Shown in pieces: positions 47,487-58,130 of a stretch of 64,000 nt of DNA; positions within the stretch are counted from its first letter, which is position 1; every line of letters starts with the position of its first letter. Source of the stretch: an uncultured Gemmataceae bacterium. Its GTDB lineage: Bacteria > Planctomycetota > Planctomycetia > Gemmatales > Gemmataceae. The position numbers and the translations under genes are program-made. Location of the stretch: contig CAVVPN010000001.1 of assembly GCA_963750165.1 (NCBI GenBank), positions 288,001 through 352,000 of the forward strand. The letters run 5' to 3'. The notes below the pieces were generated by a model, which ran no database searches, was not told where the DNA came from, and saw only the letters and a program-made list of their open reading frames with translations.

Positions 47487-48372
47487 TCAGCGCAGCGGCA
47501 GCGGCCGGTCAGCGCCGGGCGCTGGCTGGGCGGCCTTGTACAGCGGTAGCGCCTCCGGCACCCACTTCGTCAGATCGGCGATGCGGCGACCGTGGCCGGG
47601 GTGCGTGGACGCGAACTCCGGCGTCTTATTGCCGCCGCGAGCGCTCGATGCGCTCCCAGAAGCGCGACGCCTCACGTGGGTCGTAGCCGGCCGCTGCCAT
47701 CAGGTACAGGCCGATCTTGTCCGCCTCGGACTCGTGACTGCGGCTGTACGGCAGCAGCACCCCGAACTTGGCGCCGGCGTTGATGAGTCCCAGCACGCGC
47801 AGCCGTTGTTGATCGGACAGGTCGCTGAGCGAACTGGCTGCTGCCGTCTGGCCCATCTGCACCATTTGCTCCTGGGCCATGCGCTCCGCCCCGTGGTGCG
47901 CCAGCGCGTGGCCGATCTCGTGGCCCATCACCACCGCCAGCCCCGCCTCCGTCTGGCAGACCGGCAGGATGCCCGTGTACACGACCATCTTGCCGCCCGG
48001 CAGGCAGAAGGCGTTCACCTGCTCGCTGCGCACGACGGTCACCTCCCACGAGAAGTTGTTCTTCCGCAGTTTGGTCGCCTTCAGGAAATCGGCCTGGTTG
48101 GTGGCCGCCTCCAGCCGGCTGGTGACGCGCCGCACCGCCTCGACCAGCGGGCCGCCGGCCACCTGCTGGGCGTCCTTGAGCACCTCGGTGTACGCCTGGG
48201 CGCCGAGGCTCGACTCCTGCTCGGGGTTGAGCGCGACGACCTGCTTGCGGCCGAACGGCCCTTCCTGACAGCGCGACACCGCGAAGATGGCGATGAGCAC
48301 CAACCCCACGGCGAGTGGAGCCAGTTTGAGGCCGCCGGACATGCGACTGCCTTGTGCCTGGTCGGTGGACAT
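47487..48372 (-). CDS. M48-family zinc metallopeptidase; apparent frameshift near 47635
   Basis: NAFCLPGGK, GHEIGH, YSRSHESEAD. The C-terminal PEFASTHP is in the next frame. Confidence 0.9.
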
Positions 48373-48665
48373 GGGGACTTTCTCCGAGTTGAGGTGGTTC
48401 AGGGTATGCTCATTTTAGCGACCGCACGGCCCAAACGTCCCGTGGCGGGTCAACCCGGGCCGGCGCGTCACGCCGGACACACTGCCCCTGCGGTAAACTC
48501 CGCACGGGCTGCCCTCGTCTTCCTGATTTCGCCAACTTTTCCTTGCAGCAGAGTTGGCGGCTGACCGATTCTCTGGCACATTTCCCCTGGTTGATCCTTT
48601 CCCCCTGGATTCGCCAGAGGCGCTGACCCGTTCCATATCGTGCTGGGATTGCGAGGAGGCCCGAG

Positions 48666-50815
48666 ATGAGGCTCAAGGTTCCCCTGTTGCTTGGCGCGGC
48701 GCTGGCCGGGCTGAGTGCGGCCGCGCTGCCCGCCCAGGCGGCGCACTGTGGCGCCTGCACTTATCCGCTCAGCTGCCAGAGCCCCGATCAATTGTGCCCG
48801 CCCCCGGTGCGCTACCGGGTCTGCTATCAAACCGTCACCGAGGACCACACCTGCGTCAAGTACCGCCCCGTCGTCTGCACGGTGATGAAGGAGTGCCCCT
48901 ACACCGTTTGCAAGCCCGTCTTTGAAACGTGCTACCGCACGCAGCGTTACACCGTTTGCAGACAGGTCTGGGAAAATTACGACGTGGTTCGCAAGTACAC
49001 GGTCTGCAAGCCAGTGTACGACCAGTGCGTCCGCGTGCAGAAATACACCGTCTGCAAGCCCGTGTACCAGGACTACCAGGTGCCGGTGACCTGGACCACC
49101 TATCGACCGGTGTATCAACAACACGTCTGCACCCAGAAGTACACCGTTTGCAAGACGCTCTGCCAGGACTATCAGGTGCCCGTCTACTGGACGACCTACC
49201 GGCCGGTCTACCAGCAGCACGTTTGCACCCAGAAATACACCGTTTGCAAAACACTCTTCCAGGACTATCAGGTGCCGGTGACCTGGACGACGTGCCATCC
49301 GGTGTATCAGCAGCACGTCTGCGCCAGAAATACACCGTCTGCAAAACACTCTTCCAGGACTACCAGGTGCCCGTTTACTGGAACACCTGTCACCCCGTTT
49401 ACCAGAAACATGTTCGCGTCCAGAAGTACACCGTCTGCAAGACGCTCTTCCAGGACTATCAGGTGCCCGTCTACTGGACGACCTACCGGCCGGTCTATGA
49501 GCAGCACGTTCGCACTTGCAAATACACCGTCTGCAAAACGCTCTGCCAGGACTATCAGGTGCCGGTGACCTGGACGACGTACCGACCAGTGTACGAGCAG
49601 CACTGCCAGCAGGTGCCGCAGACGTGTTACCGTACCGTTGTGGAACCGCGGCAGCGGGTGTGCGTCAGCTACACCTATGAGCCGGTCTTCACCACGCGCT
49701 GCTACAAGGTATGCACCGGCTGCTGGCAGACGGAGCGAACGTACGTCCCCGGCCCGGTCGTGACCCGCTGCTGCCAGCTGCCGGGCACGTGTAGCTTTGA
49801 CTTCTGCACCTGCACTTGCAAATACTGCCCCGGCCCCACGGTAACCTATCAGGTGCAGTGCCCCGGTCAGTGGGTCTGCCGCCAAATCTGGGTGCCGCGC
49901 GAGGAGGTCCGCACCCAGCAGTGCTGCCATTACGTCCGCAAGGAGCACTGCCGGACGGAAACCTATCATGTGTGCCGCACGGTGCCCTACACCGTCATGC
50001 GTCAAGTCCCGTACACCACCTGCAAGATGGTGCCGCAGCAGCACTGCAAAATGGTCACCTGCCACCGTTACTTCACCGTCCCCGAGGAGAAGGTGCAGTA
50101 TATCCCGTACACCACCTGCAAGATGGTGCCGCAGCAGCACTGCAAGATGGTGACGTGCCGCCGCTACTATAACGTCCCCGAGGAGAAGGTGCAGTGCATC
50201 CCGTACACCACCTGCCACATGGTGACGCAGAAGCATTGCAAGATGGTGACCTGCCGCCGCTACTACAACGTCCCCGAGGAAAAGGTGCGGTACATCCCCT
50301 ATACGACCTGCCGCATCGTGACGCAGCAGCATTGCAAGATGATCCCGTGCCGCCGCTATTACACGGTGCCGGAGGAAAAGGTGCGGTGCATCCCATACAC
50401 GACGTGCAAGATGGTGCCCGAGCAGCACTGCAAGATGGTCACCTGCCGTCGCTACTATAACGTCCCGGAGGAGCGGGTACGCTACATCCCGTACACGACG
50501 TGCAAGATGGTGGCGGAGCAGCACTGCAAGATGGTGCCGCAGCGGCGCTGCTACCTGGTGCCGGAGGAGCGCTGCGTCCAGATTCCGTACACAGTCTGTC
50601 GCATGGTGCCGGAGGAGCGCTGCGAGGTCATCAAGTGCAGCCGCTGCAAACTGGTGCCGGAGGAGCACTGCTGCCAGGTGCCGTACACGGTCTGCCGCAT
50701 GGTCACGGAACAGTGCGTTCGGATGGTGCCGCACACCACCTGCACGCTGCAGCCGTACTGCGCAACCTTCAAGGTCACGCGCTGCGTGCCGATCTGTGTG
50801 CCGGTCTGCGATTAG
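48666..50815 (+). CDS. Exported Cys-rich YTV-repeat protein; apparent frameshift near 49325
   Basis: Signal peptide and 16/32-aa repeats YTVCK.. and YTTCKMVP... Comparison with sister repeats shows one C missing at TGCGCCAGAAA. Confidence 0.88.
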
Positions 50816-50925
50816 TCAATAGTCAATAGTCATTAGTCATTAGTTCGCAGGGTTGGAGCGCTGGGATAAATGCCCAGCGCTCCAACCCTGCGAACTAATG
50901 ACTAATGACTATTGACTATTGACTA
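50813..50925. terminator. Perfect 53-bp-arm inverted repeat between convergent genes
   Basis: (TAGTCAA)2(TAGTCAT)2TAGTTCGCAGGGTTGGAGCGCTGGG, a 7-nt loop, then the exact reverse complement. Confidence 0.75.
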
Positions 50926-50927
50926 TG

Positions 50928-51803
50928 TTAGAATTGCCAGGAGCACGTGAACAGGCCGCTTCGGGAAGCACTGAGCGACATCCAGCAGTTACTGCTGATG
51001 CGGTAATGGACGCCTGGCACCAGCTCCCAGGAGGTGGCGCGGCCGTCGGGGCGATAGCCCTCGTAGTTGTACTGGGCCAGCGCCTGCATGAACAGGAACA
51101 GCCCCTGGTCCGCGCGGTTATTCAACACGGGCATTGGACACTGCAAGCCAACGCCCCACTTCAGCGTGTTCTCGTTCAGGTCGGTCAGCTGCGGCCGGAG
51201 GTCATGGCCCACGTAGCCCTGCAGCGCTGTGCCGTTGCCCAGATCCTGGAAAATGGACAATCCCGGCGTCAGCACCGTCGGCCCGTTATTCAGGCCATCG
51301 TACTGCTGGCCCGCTGGCGTCACCGCTTGCAGGCCGAGGCAAACACTCGTGCTGCCCCAGTCCGCCAGCTGCATCTGCGAGTACAGCCGGTAAAAACCGA
51401 CGCCCCCCGGATCGGTTGGCCGGCGCAGATCGAACAGGGGGTTGTCGCGACCAATGGCCACCTGAATCCAATCCGGCTCGGACCCCTCCAGTGGGCTGCG
51501 CTTCAGCACTGCGGTGCCGGGGTCGTCCGGCGGGTAATCGTCTTCGTCGGGAATCATGCCGATTGGGTTGCTGATGAAGCCGGGCATCATGCCGAGCATC
51601 TGCACGCGGGCGGTGTTGCTCGGCGGCACGTACCCGGACGGCGGCATCAGGCCCGCCATCCAGTGTTCGCGGCGCAGCAGCGGTTGCCCGCTGTCCAGGG
51701 TATCGAGCGACAACGCCGGAACCTGCGCCGCGGCCGCCGGGCAGACCGCCAGGGCCGTCGTCAGTGCCCAGGACCAGGGCCGAAAGATGAGTCGAAGCAC
51801 CAT
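50928..51803 (-). CDS. Exported protein, possible outer-membrane beta-barrel
   Basis: Signal peptide, alternating amphipathic strands, C-terminal ..FTCSWQF. Confidence 0.7.
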   Translation of the reverse strand: MVLRLIFRPWSWALTTALAVCPAAAAQVPALSLDTLDSGQPLLRREHWMAGLMPPSGYVPPSNTARVQMLGMMPGFISNPIGMIPDEDDYPPDDPGTAVLKRSPLEGSEPDWIQVAIGRDNPLFDLRRPTDPGGVGFYRLYSQMQLADWGSTSVCLGLQAVTPAGQQYDGLNNGPTVLTPGLSIFQDLGNGTALQGYVGHDLRPQLTDLNENTLKWGVGLQCPMPVLNNRADQGLFLFMQALAQYNYEGYRPDGRATSWELVPGVHYRISSNCWMSLSASRSGLFTCSWQF

Positions 51804-52172
51804 GCTTTTCCTGCTTGGTTGGGAGTCCAGGGGTGGGTCCGTGTCGGCCCGCGTGGCAGCGTGGAGCCGAGCGAGGGCGGGCCAGTGGGTTAATAACTTT
51901 CTCATCGGAAAATGCAAGGGCAATCTCCGCCAATAACCCCCAGACTCGCCCAGCCTGGCCTTCGCCCGCCCGCGCAATACGCCGGCCTTGCCCCGTTTAA
52001 CAGGCGCCGCCGGTGCCAGCCCACCCGCCGCCGCCGTCGGGGCCGTAAACCCGGCCGCGGCCTGCTTGTCACGCGGGCGCGGTGCTATTATTCTGAGGGT
52101 GGCACTGAATACGCTGATAACCCTCGGCCCGCCGTCCGGCGCGGCGGCCGCCCCGAGACCCCGTGGGGCCTC

Positions 52173-52673
52173 ATGACCACTTCCCGACCCCTCGCCCTGA
52201 CGGTACTGGGATACCTGAGCCTGGGATTCGCCCTGGCGTGGATCTTTTGGCTGGCGCTGGCGCGGTACGCGGTCCTGCTCGACCTGTTCGGCGCCGGCCT
52301 GGGCGAGGACCGGGCCATCAGCGAACTGGCCCGGCTCCACCTCGCCAGCCCGGGGGCTGTGTACGTCACGCTGCTGACGCTGCTGCTGGAGCTGCTGCTG
52401 GCGGTGATCCTGCTGGCGTCCGGGCTGGGCTTGCTGGGCCAGCGGCCGTGGGCACGCTGGTCGCTGCTGTTCTACTGTGCCTGGGTGATCCTGGTGGAGG
52501 CCGGCAGTACGCTGGCCCAGGCGTTCTTCCTGACGCCGGCCACCGAGCGCCTGGCGCTGGCGCCGGTCCTCGTCAACGGCGTCACCATCCTGACCGCCAT
52601 TGTGCTCTGGGGCATGGCGTATTTACCGGGTATCGAGTCCGCCGGGCCGGCGTCCGATGAGCCCGGCCCATGA
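52173..52673 (+). CDS. Four-TM hypothetical protein
   Basis: RPLALTVLG...ASGLGLLGQRPWAR. Paralogous to the next gene. Confidence 0.78.
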   Translation: MTTSRPLALTVLGYLSLGFALAWIFWLALARYAVLLDLFGAGLGEDRAISELARLHLASPGAVYVTLLTLLLELLLAVILLASGLGLLGQRPWARWSLLFYCAWVILVEAGSTLAQAFFLTPATERLALAPVLVNGVTILTAIVLWGMAYLPGIESAGPASDEPGP

Positions 52674-52804
52674 ACGGTCGGTCGCGCCGGGACTGGGAGG
52701 ACTGACCCTTGGAGTTACTGGGGCCCACTGAATCCCGTTTTAAGTTTCGCGCGGCTCGAGTCTGCGCGAAACGTAAACAGGCGCTAACCGAGGAGTGAGC
52801 TGAC

Positions 52805-53509
52805 ATGGCGCGTCGTCGTCCGACCGCGGTCTCCGTCATGGCGATCCTGAACATCATCTTCGGCAGCCTGGGCCTGCTGCTGGGCATCTGTTCGGGGTTC
52901 GGCATGCTCCTGATCGCCAGTGTGCCAGCTGTGCCACTCACCCCCGGCGGCCCTCCGGTGAACATCACCAAGGACCTTTTCGATTTCATGGAGCGCGAGA
53001 TCCCGGGTTACAACGCAATCACAATCGCGCAGCTGGTCATCGGCTACCTGCTACTGAGCGGGCTGCTGCTGGCGGCAGGCATCGGCCTGCTCAACCGCCA
53101 GCACTGGGCGCGCATCGCGTGCATTGTGTACGGCGCTGTGAACATCGTCCTGCTCCTCATGGACCTGGTGTTCAAACTGGCCTTCGTGATGCCGGCCATG
53201 ACCCGCTGGCAGATGGATTTCCAGCGGCGCTTCGCGGGGCCGAACCCGTTCACCACTAACCCATTCCTGGGCGGTTCGTTCCAGATCGTCACGGCCGCGA
53301 TCACCAGCCTGATCTGCATAGGCTACTCCGCCCTGCTCATCACCATGATGTTTCTGCCCCAGGTCCGTTACTGGTTCGAGCGGCGGCCGGCCTACGACTT
53401 CGACAGGGATGAAGACCGCTTCCCGCCGCGTGAGCGGATCGTGGACGAGCCCTGGGGCACGTCCCGGGACGACGACGCGGGCTACTACCGCAGGAAAGGC
53501 GAGGACTGA
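52805..53509 (+). CDS. Four-TM hypothetical protein
   Basis: RPTAVSVMAILNIIFG...AGIGLLNRQHWAR. Confidence 0.82.
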   Translation: MARRRPTAVSVMAILNIIFGSLGLLLGICSGFGMLLIASVPAVPLTPGGPPVNITKDLFDFMEREIPGYNAITIAQLVIGYLLLSGLLLAAGIGLLNRQHWARIACIVYGAVNIVLLLMDLVFKLAFVMPAMTRWQMDFQRRFAGPNPFTTNPFLGGSFQIVTAAITSLICIGYSALLITMMFLPQVRYWFERRPAYDFDRDEDRFPPRERIVDEPWGTSRDDDAGYYRRKGED

Positions 53510-53511
53510 CC

Positions 53512-54288
53512 ATGCACCATCCTGTGGACGACGAACTGGACACGGCCCTGAGACGGGCGGCGGCGCTGTTGCGTCAGGCCGAGCGCGTGGCAGTGCTGAC
53601 GGGCGCCGGCGTGTCAGCCGAGAGCGGTGTGCCGACCTTCCGCGACAACAACGGTCTGTGGGAGAACCATCGTGTAGAGGAGGTGGCGACGCCGGACGCC
53701 TTCCGCCGCGATCCGACGTTGGTGTGGCGCTTCTACAACGCCCGCCGGGCAGGGCTGCGCAAGGTGGCGCCGAACCCCGGCCATCACGCATTGGCGAAGC
53801 TGGAGGCACGGTTGGGGCCGGGCCATTTCGCGCTGATTACGCAGAACGTGGACGGCCTGCACCGCGCCGCCGGCAGTCAGAACGTGCTGGAGGTTCACGG
53901 CAACCTGCGGCGGGTGCGCTGCAGCAAGGACGCTTGTGGCTTTCAGGAAGAGCGCGGCCTGGACGAACTGCCGGACCTGCCGCCGTGTCCCCGTTGCGGG
54001 CACCTGCTGCGGCCGGACATCGTCTGGTTCGGCGAGGCGCTGCCGGAGGACGTGTGGCAGGCGGCGGTGCGGGCGGTGAAGGAGTGTCAGTGTTTCCTGA
54101 CCATCGGCACCAGTGCGGTGGTGTGGCCGGCGGCCGGGCTGGTGCTCGACGCCAGGGACCACGGTGCCGGTGTCATCGAGGTCAACCTGACACGCACTGA
54201 CGCCTCGCACTACGTGGACGTGCATTTGACGGGGCCGTCCGGCCAGGTGCTACCGCGGTTGCTGGAGCGCCTGGACGCGGACGGCTGA
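53512..54288 (+). CDS. cobB: NAD-dependent protein deacylase (sirtuin)
   Basis: TGAGVSAESGVPTFR, FYNARR, ITQNVDGLH, HG, RPDIVWFGE, GTS. Confidence 0.95.
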   Translation: MHHPVDDELDTALRRAAALLRQAERVAVLTGAGVSAESGVPTFRDNNGLWENHRVEEVATPDAFRRDPTLVWRFYNARRAGLRKVAPNPGHHALAKLEARLGPGHFALITQNVDGLHRAAGSQNVLEVHGNLRRVRCSKDACGFQEERGLDELPDLPPCPRCGHLLRPDIVWFGEALPEDVWQAAVRAVKECQCFLTIGTSAVVWPAAGLVLDARDHGAGVIEVNLTRTDASHYVDVHLTGPSGQVLPRLLERLDADG

Positions 54289-54414
54289 CTTTCTTCTGGT
54301 CCGAGCCCGAGCGTCAGCGAGAGGCCAGCATTGCCCCGCGCTGGCGCTCGGGCTCGGACCCACCACCCACAGAGAAGCAATGGTGGTCTCGCTCACGGAA
54401 CAAGGGCTCCCCGC

Positions 54415-55278
54415 ATGGCGACGTTACTCGACGGCAAACAGCTCGCCCAGACGATGCAAGCGGAGATCGCGGCGGCGGTCGCGGCGCTGGTCAAGGCGGC
54501 CGGGCCGCCGCCGGGTCTGGCGGCGGTGATCGTCGGCGACAACCCCGCCAGCCAGGTTTACGTGCGCAACAAGCGCAAGGCGTGCGAGCAGGTCGGCATC
54601 GCCAGCTGGCTGCACCCGCTGCCGGCCACGGCCACGCAAACCGAATTGCTCGACCTCATCAACCACCTCAACGGCGATCCGCTCGTTCACGGCATCCTGG
54701 TGCAGCTGCCGCTGCCGAAGCATGTGGACGAACTCAGCGTCATCGACGCCGTGTCGCCGCTCAAGGACGTGGACGGCTTCAGTCCGGAGAGCCTGGGCCT
54801 GCTGGCCGCGGGCAAGCCGCGCTTCCTGGCGTGTACGCCGCTGGGCGTCCAGCAACTGCTGCTGCGCAACCACATCGCGATCGAGGGCCGGCACGTCGTC
54901 ATCGTCGGCCGCAGCAACATCGTCGGCAAACCGCTGGCGCTGATCCTGATGCAGAAGGCGGCCGGGGCCAACGCGACCGTCACGGTCTGCCACAGCCGCA
55001 GCGATAACCTTGCGGACATTACACGGCAGGCGGACATCCTGGTCGTGGCCATCGGCCAGGCGGAGTTCCTGAAGGCGGCGATGGTGAAGCCGGGCGCGGT
55101 GGTGGTGGACGTGGGCATGAACCGCAACGCGGCCGGCAAGCTGGTCGGCGACGTGGCGTTCGCGGAGGTCAGCGCCGTGGCGTCGGCGCTCACGCCCGTG
55201 CCGGGTGGCGTCGGGCCGATGACGATTACCATGCTGCTGCACAACACGCTGCGGGCGGCGCAGATGACAAGGAAGTGA
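54415..55278 (+). CDS. folD: Methylene-THF dehydrogenase/cyclohydrolase
   Basis: YVRNK, GILVQLPLP, KDVDG, GRSNIVGKP, TPVPGGVGPMT. Confidence 0.98.
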   Translation: MATLLDGKQLAQTMQAEIAAAVAALVKAAGPPPGLAAVIVGDNPASQVYVRNKRKACEQVGIASWLHPLPATATQTELLDLINHLNGDPLVHGILVQLPLPKHVDELSVIDAVSPLKDVDGFSPESLGLLAAGKPRFLACTPLGVQQLLLRNHIAIEGRHVVIVGRSNIVGKPLALILMQKAAGANATVTVCHSRSDNLADITRQADILVVAIGQAEFLKAAMVKPGAVVVDVGMNRNAAGKLVGDVAFAEVSAVASALTPVPGGVGPMTITMLLHNTLRAAQMTRK

Positions 55279-55287
55279 GGCAGCCCC

Positions 55288-55783
55288 GTGGCCATCAAAC
55301 CGATCGTTCGCTACATGCTGCTCTGTGACGATTGGCGCCTGGACCCTGACAACAAGCGTCGGGTTACGATCGTCAGGTTGATCAGCAACATTCGTTCCAC
55401 GGAAGGACGGCCTTACCCGCTGCTTTATCGGGAATTGTGCGTGTTCCTGGCGTTAACGGAAGGGCGCGGGCAAGGGGAAGGCTACGTGAGATGTGTTTTC
55501 GAGGACACCGAGCAAATCATCTTCCAAACCGGAAAACGCCCGATTTCTTTCGGCCCGGACCCCCTGGATGCCGGCGCCTGGAAGCGCTGCTGGCCCGGCC
55601 GACACCGTTGGCGGACGCCCCCGCATTGCTGCGCCGCCTGCGCCGATTCAGGTGCTGGAGCAGGCCGGTTCGGCGGAGGCGCGCGGCCTGCTCCGGGAGT
55701 TGGCTGCGGGCTGGGAGTATGCGCCCGAGACTCAGGAAGCCCGGGCGGCGCTGGAACGGTTGGCGCCGCCGGGTGGGCCTTGA
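55288..55783 (+). pseudogene. Chimeric remnant: DUF6941-like N-terminus joined to the C-terminal tail of a WD40/HEAT protein
   Basis: PIVRYMLLCDD...LCVFLALTEGRG up to ~55565, then RLEALL...IQVLEQAGSAEARGLLRELAAG...EARAALERL in shifting frames. Confidence 0.6.
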
Positions 55784-55968
55784 CCAACAGGCCATCTCTA
55801 TTGGGTAGGGAATCTCCGGCCACATCCGCCCCGAGAGGGGGGTCTGTGAGATGAAATGAAACGCGGCGCTTCCTGCACCTGTTTTTATTTTACCACGGCC
55901 AGCCATTTTTGAAAACTCCCGCCGCATCCCGCCCTGCCGGCGCCTCAATGATGGTGGAGAGAACAACC

Positions 55969-58046
55969 ATGGCCCAGGGCTCAGCCATGACCGCCGCTTG
56001 CCTCAACGCCGTCGTCGGCTACGTCCGCCGGCTCGGCGCCCAGGACACGCACTGCCTGACCGACCGCCAGCTGCTCGACCGCTTCACCGCCCAGCGCGAT
56101 GAGGCGGCCTTCGCGGAACTGGTGGTTCGCCACGGCCCGATGGTGCTGTCCGCCTGCTGGCGTGTACTGCGGCACACCCAGGATGCCGAGGACGCTTTTC
56201 AGGCCGCCTTCCTCGTCCTGGCCCGGAAGGCCGGCTCCATCCGGCAGCACGACTCCGTCGGCGGCTGGCTCTACCAGGTCGCCCACCGGTTGGCCGTGCG
56301 CGCCCGGTTGCTCGACAACCACCGCCGCGACCGACAGGTGCCGCTGGGCGATGAACACGGGGCGACCACGGAGGTACCCGCCAGCGCGGTCGAGGAGGAA
56401 GTGCGGCGACTGCCTGAGCCGTACCGCTCCGCGGTGGTGCTGTGCTACCTCGAAGGCCGAACGCAGGCCGAGGCCGCGCGGCTGCTGGCCACGACCGCCG
56501 ACGCGGTCAACAGTCGGCTGAAGCGCGCCCGCGACCTGCTGCGGCAGCGGTTGGCCCGGGCTGGGTTGGCTCTCTCCGGTGTGGCGGTGGCCGAACAGTT
56601 GGCCGTCGGTGCGGCGCCCGCGGCGCTGCCGCCGACGCTGGCCCGGCTCACCGCCCAGGCAGCGACCCAGTTCGTGACCGGCCGGGCGGCCGCGGGCGGC
56701 ATCACCCGGCTTGCCGCGGCGCTGGCCCAGGGAGCACTCGGCATGACCCACCCCAACGTCAAGTTTTTGTCCGCCCTCGTTCTGGCCGGGGCCCTCCTGG
56801 CCGCCGGCGCCCTGCTGGGATCCAGCCCGGCCCAGAGCGATCCCACTCCGCCCCAAACCAGGAAGGACGGCCAGCAGCAAGCACCGGGCGCCCAGGAGCA
56901 GCCCGCGCCAAAGGGCGGCGGCAAGGGCAAGCGCCAGCCCAGCGTCATCATCCTGTGGATGGGCGGCGGTCCCAGTCAGTTCGAGACCTTCGACCCCAAG
57001 GCGGCGGCCCCGAATCAGGAAATGTTCAAGTCCATCGACACGAGCATCCGCGGCGTGAAGTTCAGCGAGACGCTGCCCAATCTGGCCAAACTGGCGAACC
57101 GCCTGACGGTTATCCGCTCGCTGACCTCCCGTGAAGCCGACCACCTGCGCGGCACCTATCTGATGCGCACCGGCCATGCCGTGGACGGCGGCGTCGATTA
57201 TCCGTCGCTGGCGTCCGCGCTGGCGAAGGAACTGGGCGACGGCCGGCCGGGGCTGCCGCACTACATCCGGGTCGGCGGCGCTGGATTCCTGAAACGGACG
57301 GGCTTCGGCCCCGGGTTCCTCGGGCCGAAGTACGGGGCGGTCCTGGTCGGCAGCGGCAATGACAACGGCCAGGTCGGCTTCAACATTGAGGCGGCCCCGG
57401 TGCCGTTTGCCAAACTACCGTTGCCGAGCATTGAGGCGTTTAACGCGACGGAGAATGGCAAGGGCAAGGAGCACCGCAAGGCCGTCGCGAAGGCGTTCGC
57501 GCTGAACGAGGAGCAGGAGGCGTTGCGTCGGGCGTATGGGCCGGGCCGCTTCGGCCAGGGCTGTCTGCTGGCGCGGCGGCTGGTGGAGCGCGGCGTGCCG
57601 GTCGTGGAAATCCACCTGGGCGGCTGGGACGCGCACGCCAACCTCGTCGAGATCATGAAAAAGCGCTGCGCCGAGCTGGACGCCGGCTTCGGGTCGCTGC
57701 TGAAGGACCTGGAGGAGCGCAAACTGCTCGATTCGACGCTGATCGTCTGGGCCGGCGAGTTCGGCCGGACGCCGCGGGTCAACGCCAACGGCGGCCGTGA
57801 CCACTGGTCGATGAGCTTCACGGTGGTGCTGGCGGGCGCCGGCACGCGCCGCGGCCAGGTGGTCGGCAAGACCGACGCCGCCGGCATCAAGATCGAGGAG
57901 CGGCCGGTGACGGTGCCGGAGTTTTTGGCGACGGTCTACCGGGCGGTCGGCGTCGATGCTACCCGCACCAACCGCGTCCCCAACGGCGGCCCGCTGGTGC
58001 CGCTGGTCGTGGAGGGGCGCAGGCCGTCAAGGAGGCGTTGCGCTGA
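55969..58046 (+). CDS. ECF sigma factor fused via a TM segment to a DUF1501 domain; probable frameshift at ~58018 just before the stop
   Basis: Sigma2 (DAEDAFQAAFLVLARKA), sigma4 (LPEPYRSAVVLCYLEG), TM, then WMGGGPSQFETFDPK, GWDAH, GEFGRTP, GRDHW. Confidence 0.88.
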
Positions 58047-58130
58047 ACCCCTTCCGAGCCGGAGCGCCAGCGCGGGGCCAACGCTGCCCCGCGCTGGCGC
58101 TCCGGCTCGGACCATCAACGAGAACCCTGC

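Noticed and set aside
45614..50815. Radical SAM + Cys-rich protein as a RiPP (ranthipeptide/sactipeptide) cluster
   Set aside because: The Cys-rich protein is large, has a signal peptide, and is on the opposite strand two genes away. No short precursor or transporter is present.
53512..54288. Sir2 anti-phage effector
   Set aside because: Typical CobB deacylase with zinc-binding Cys pairs in a housekeeping context next to folD.
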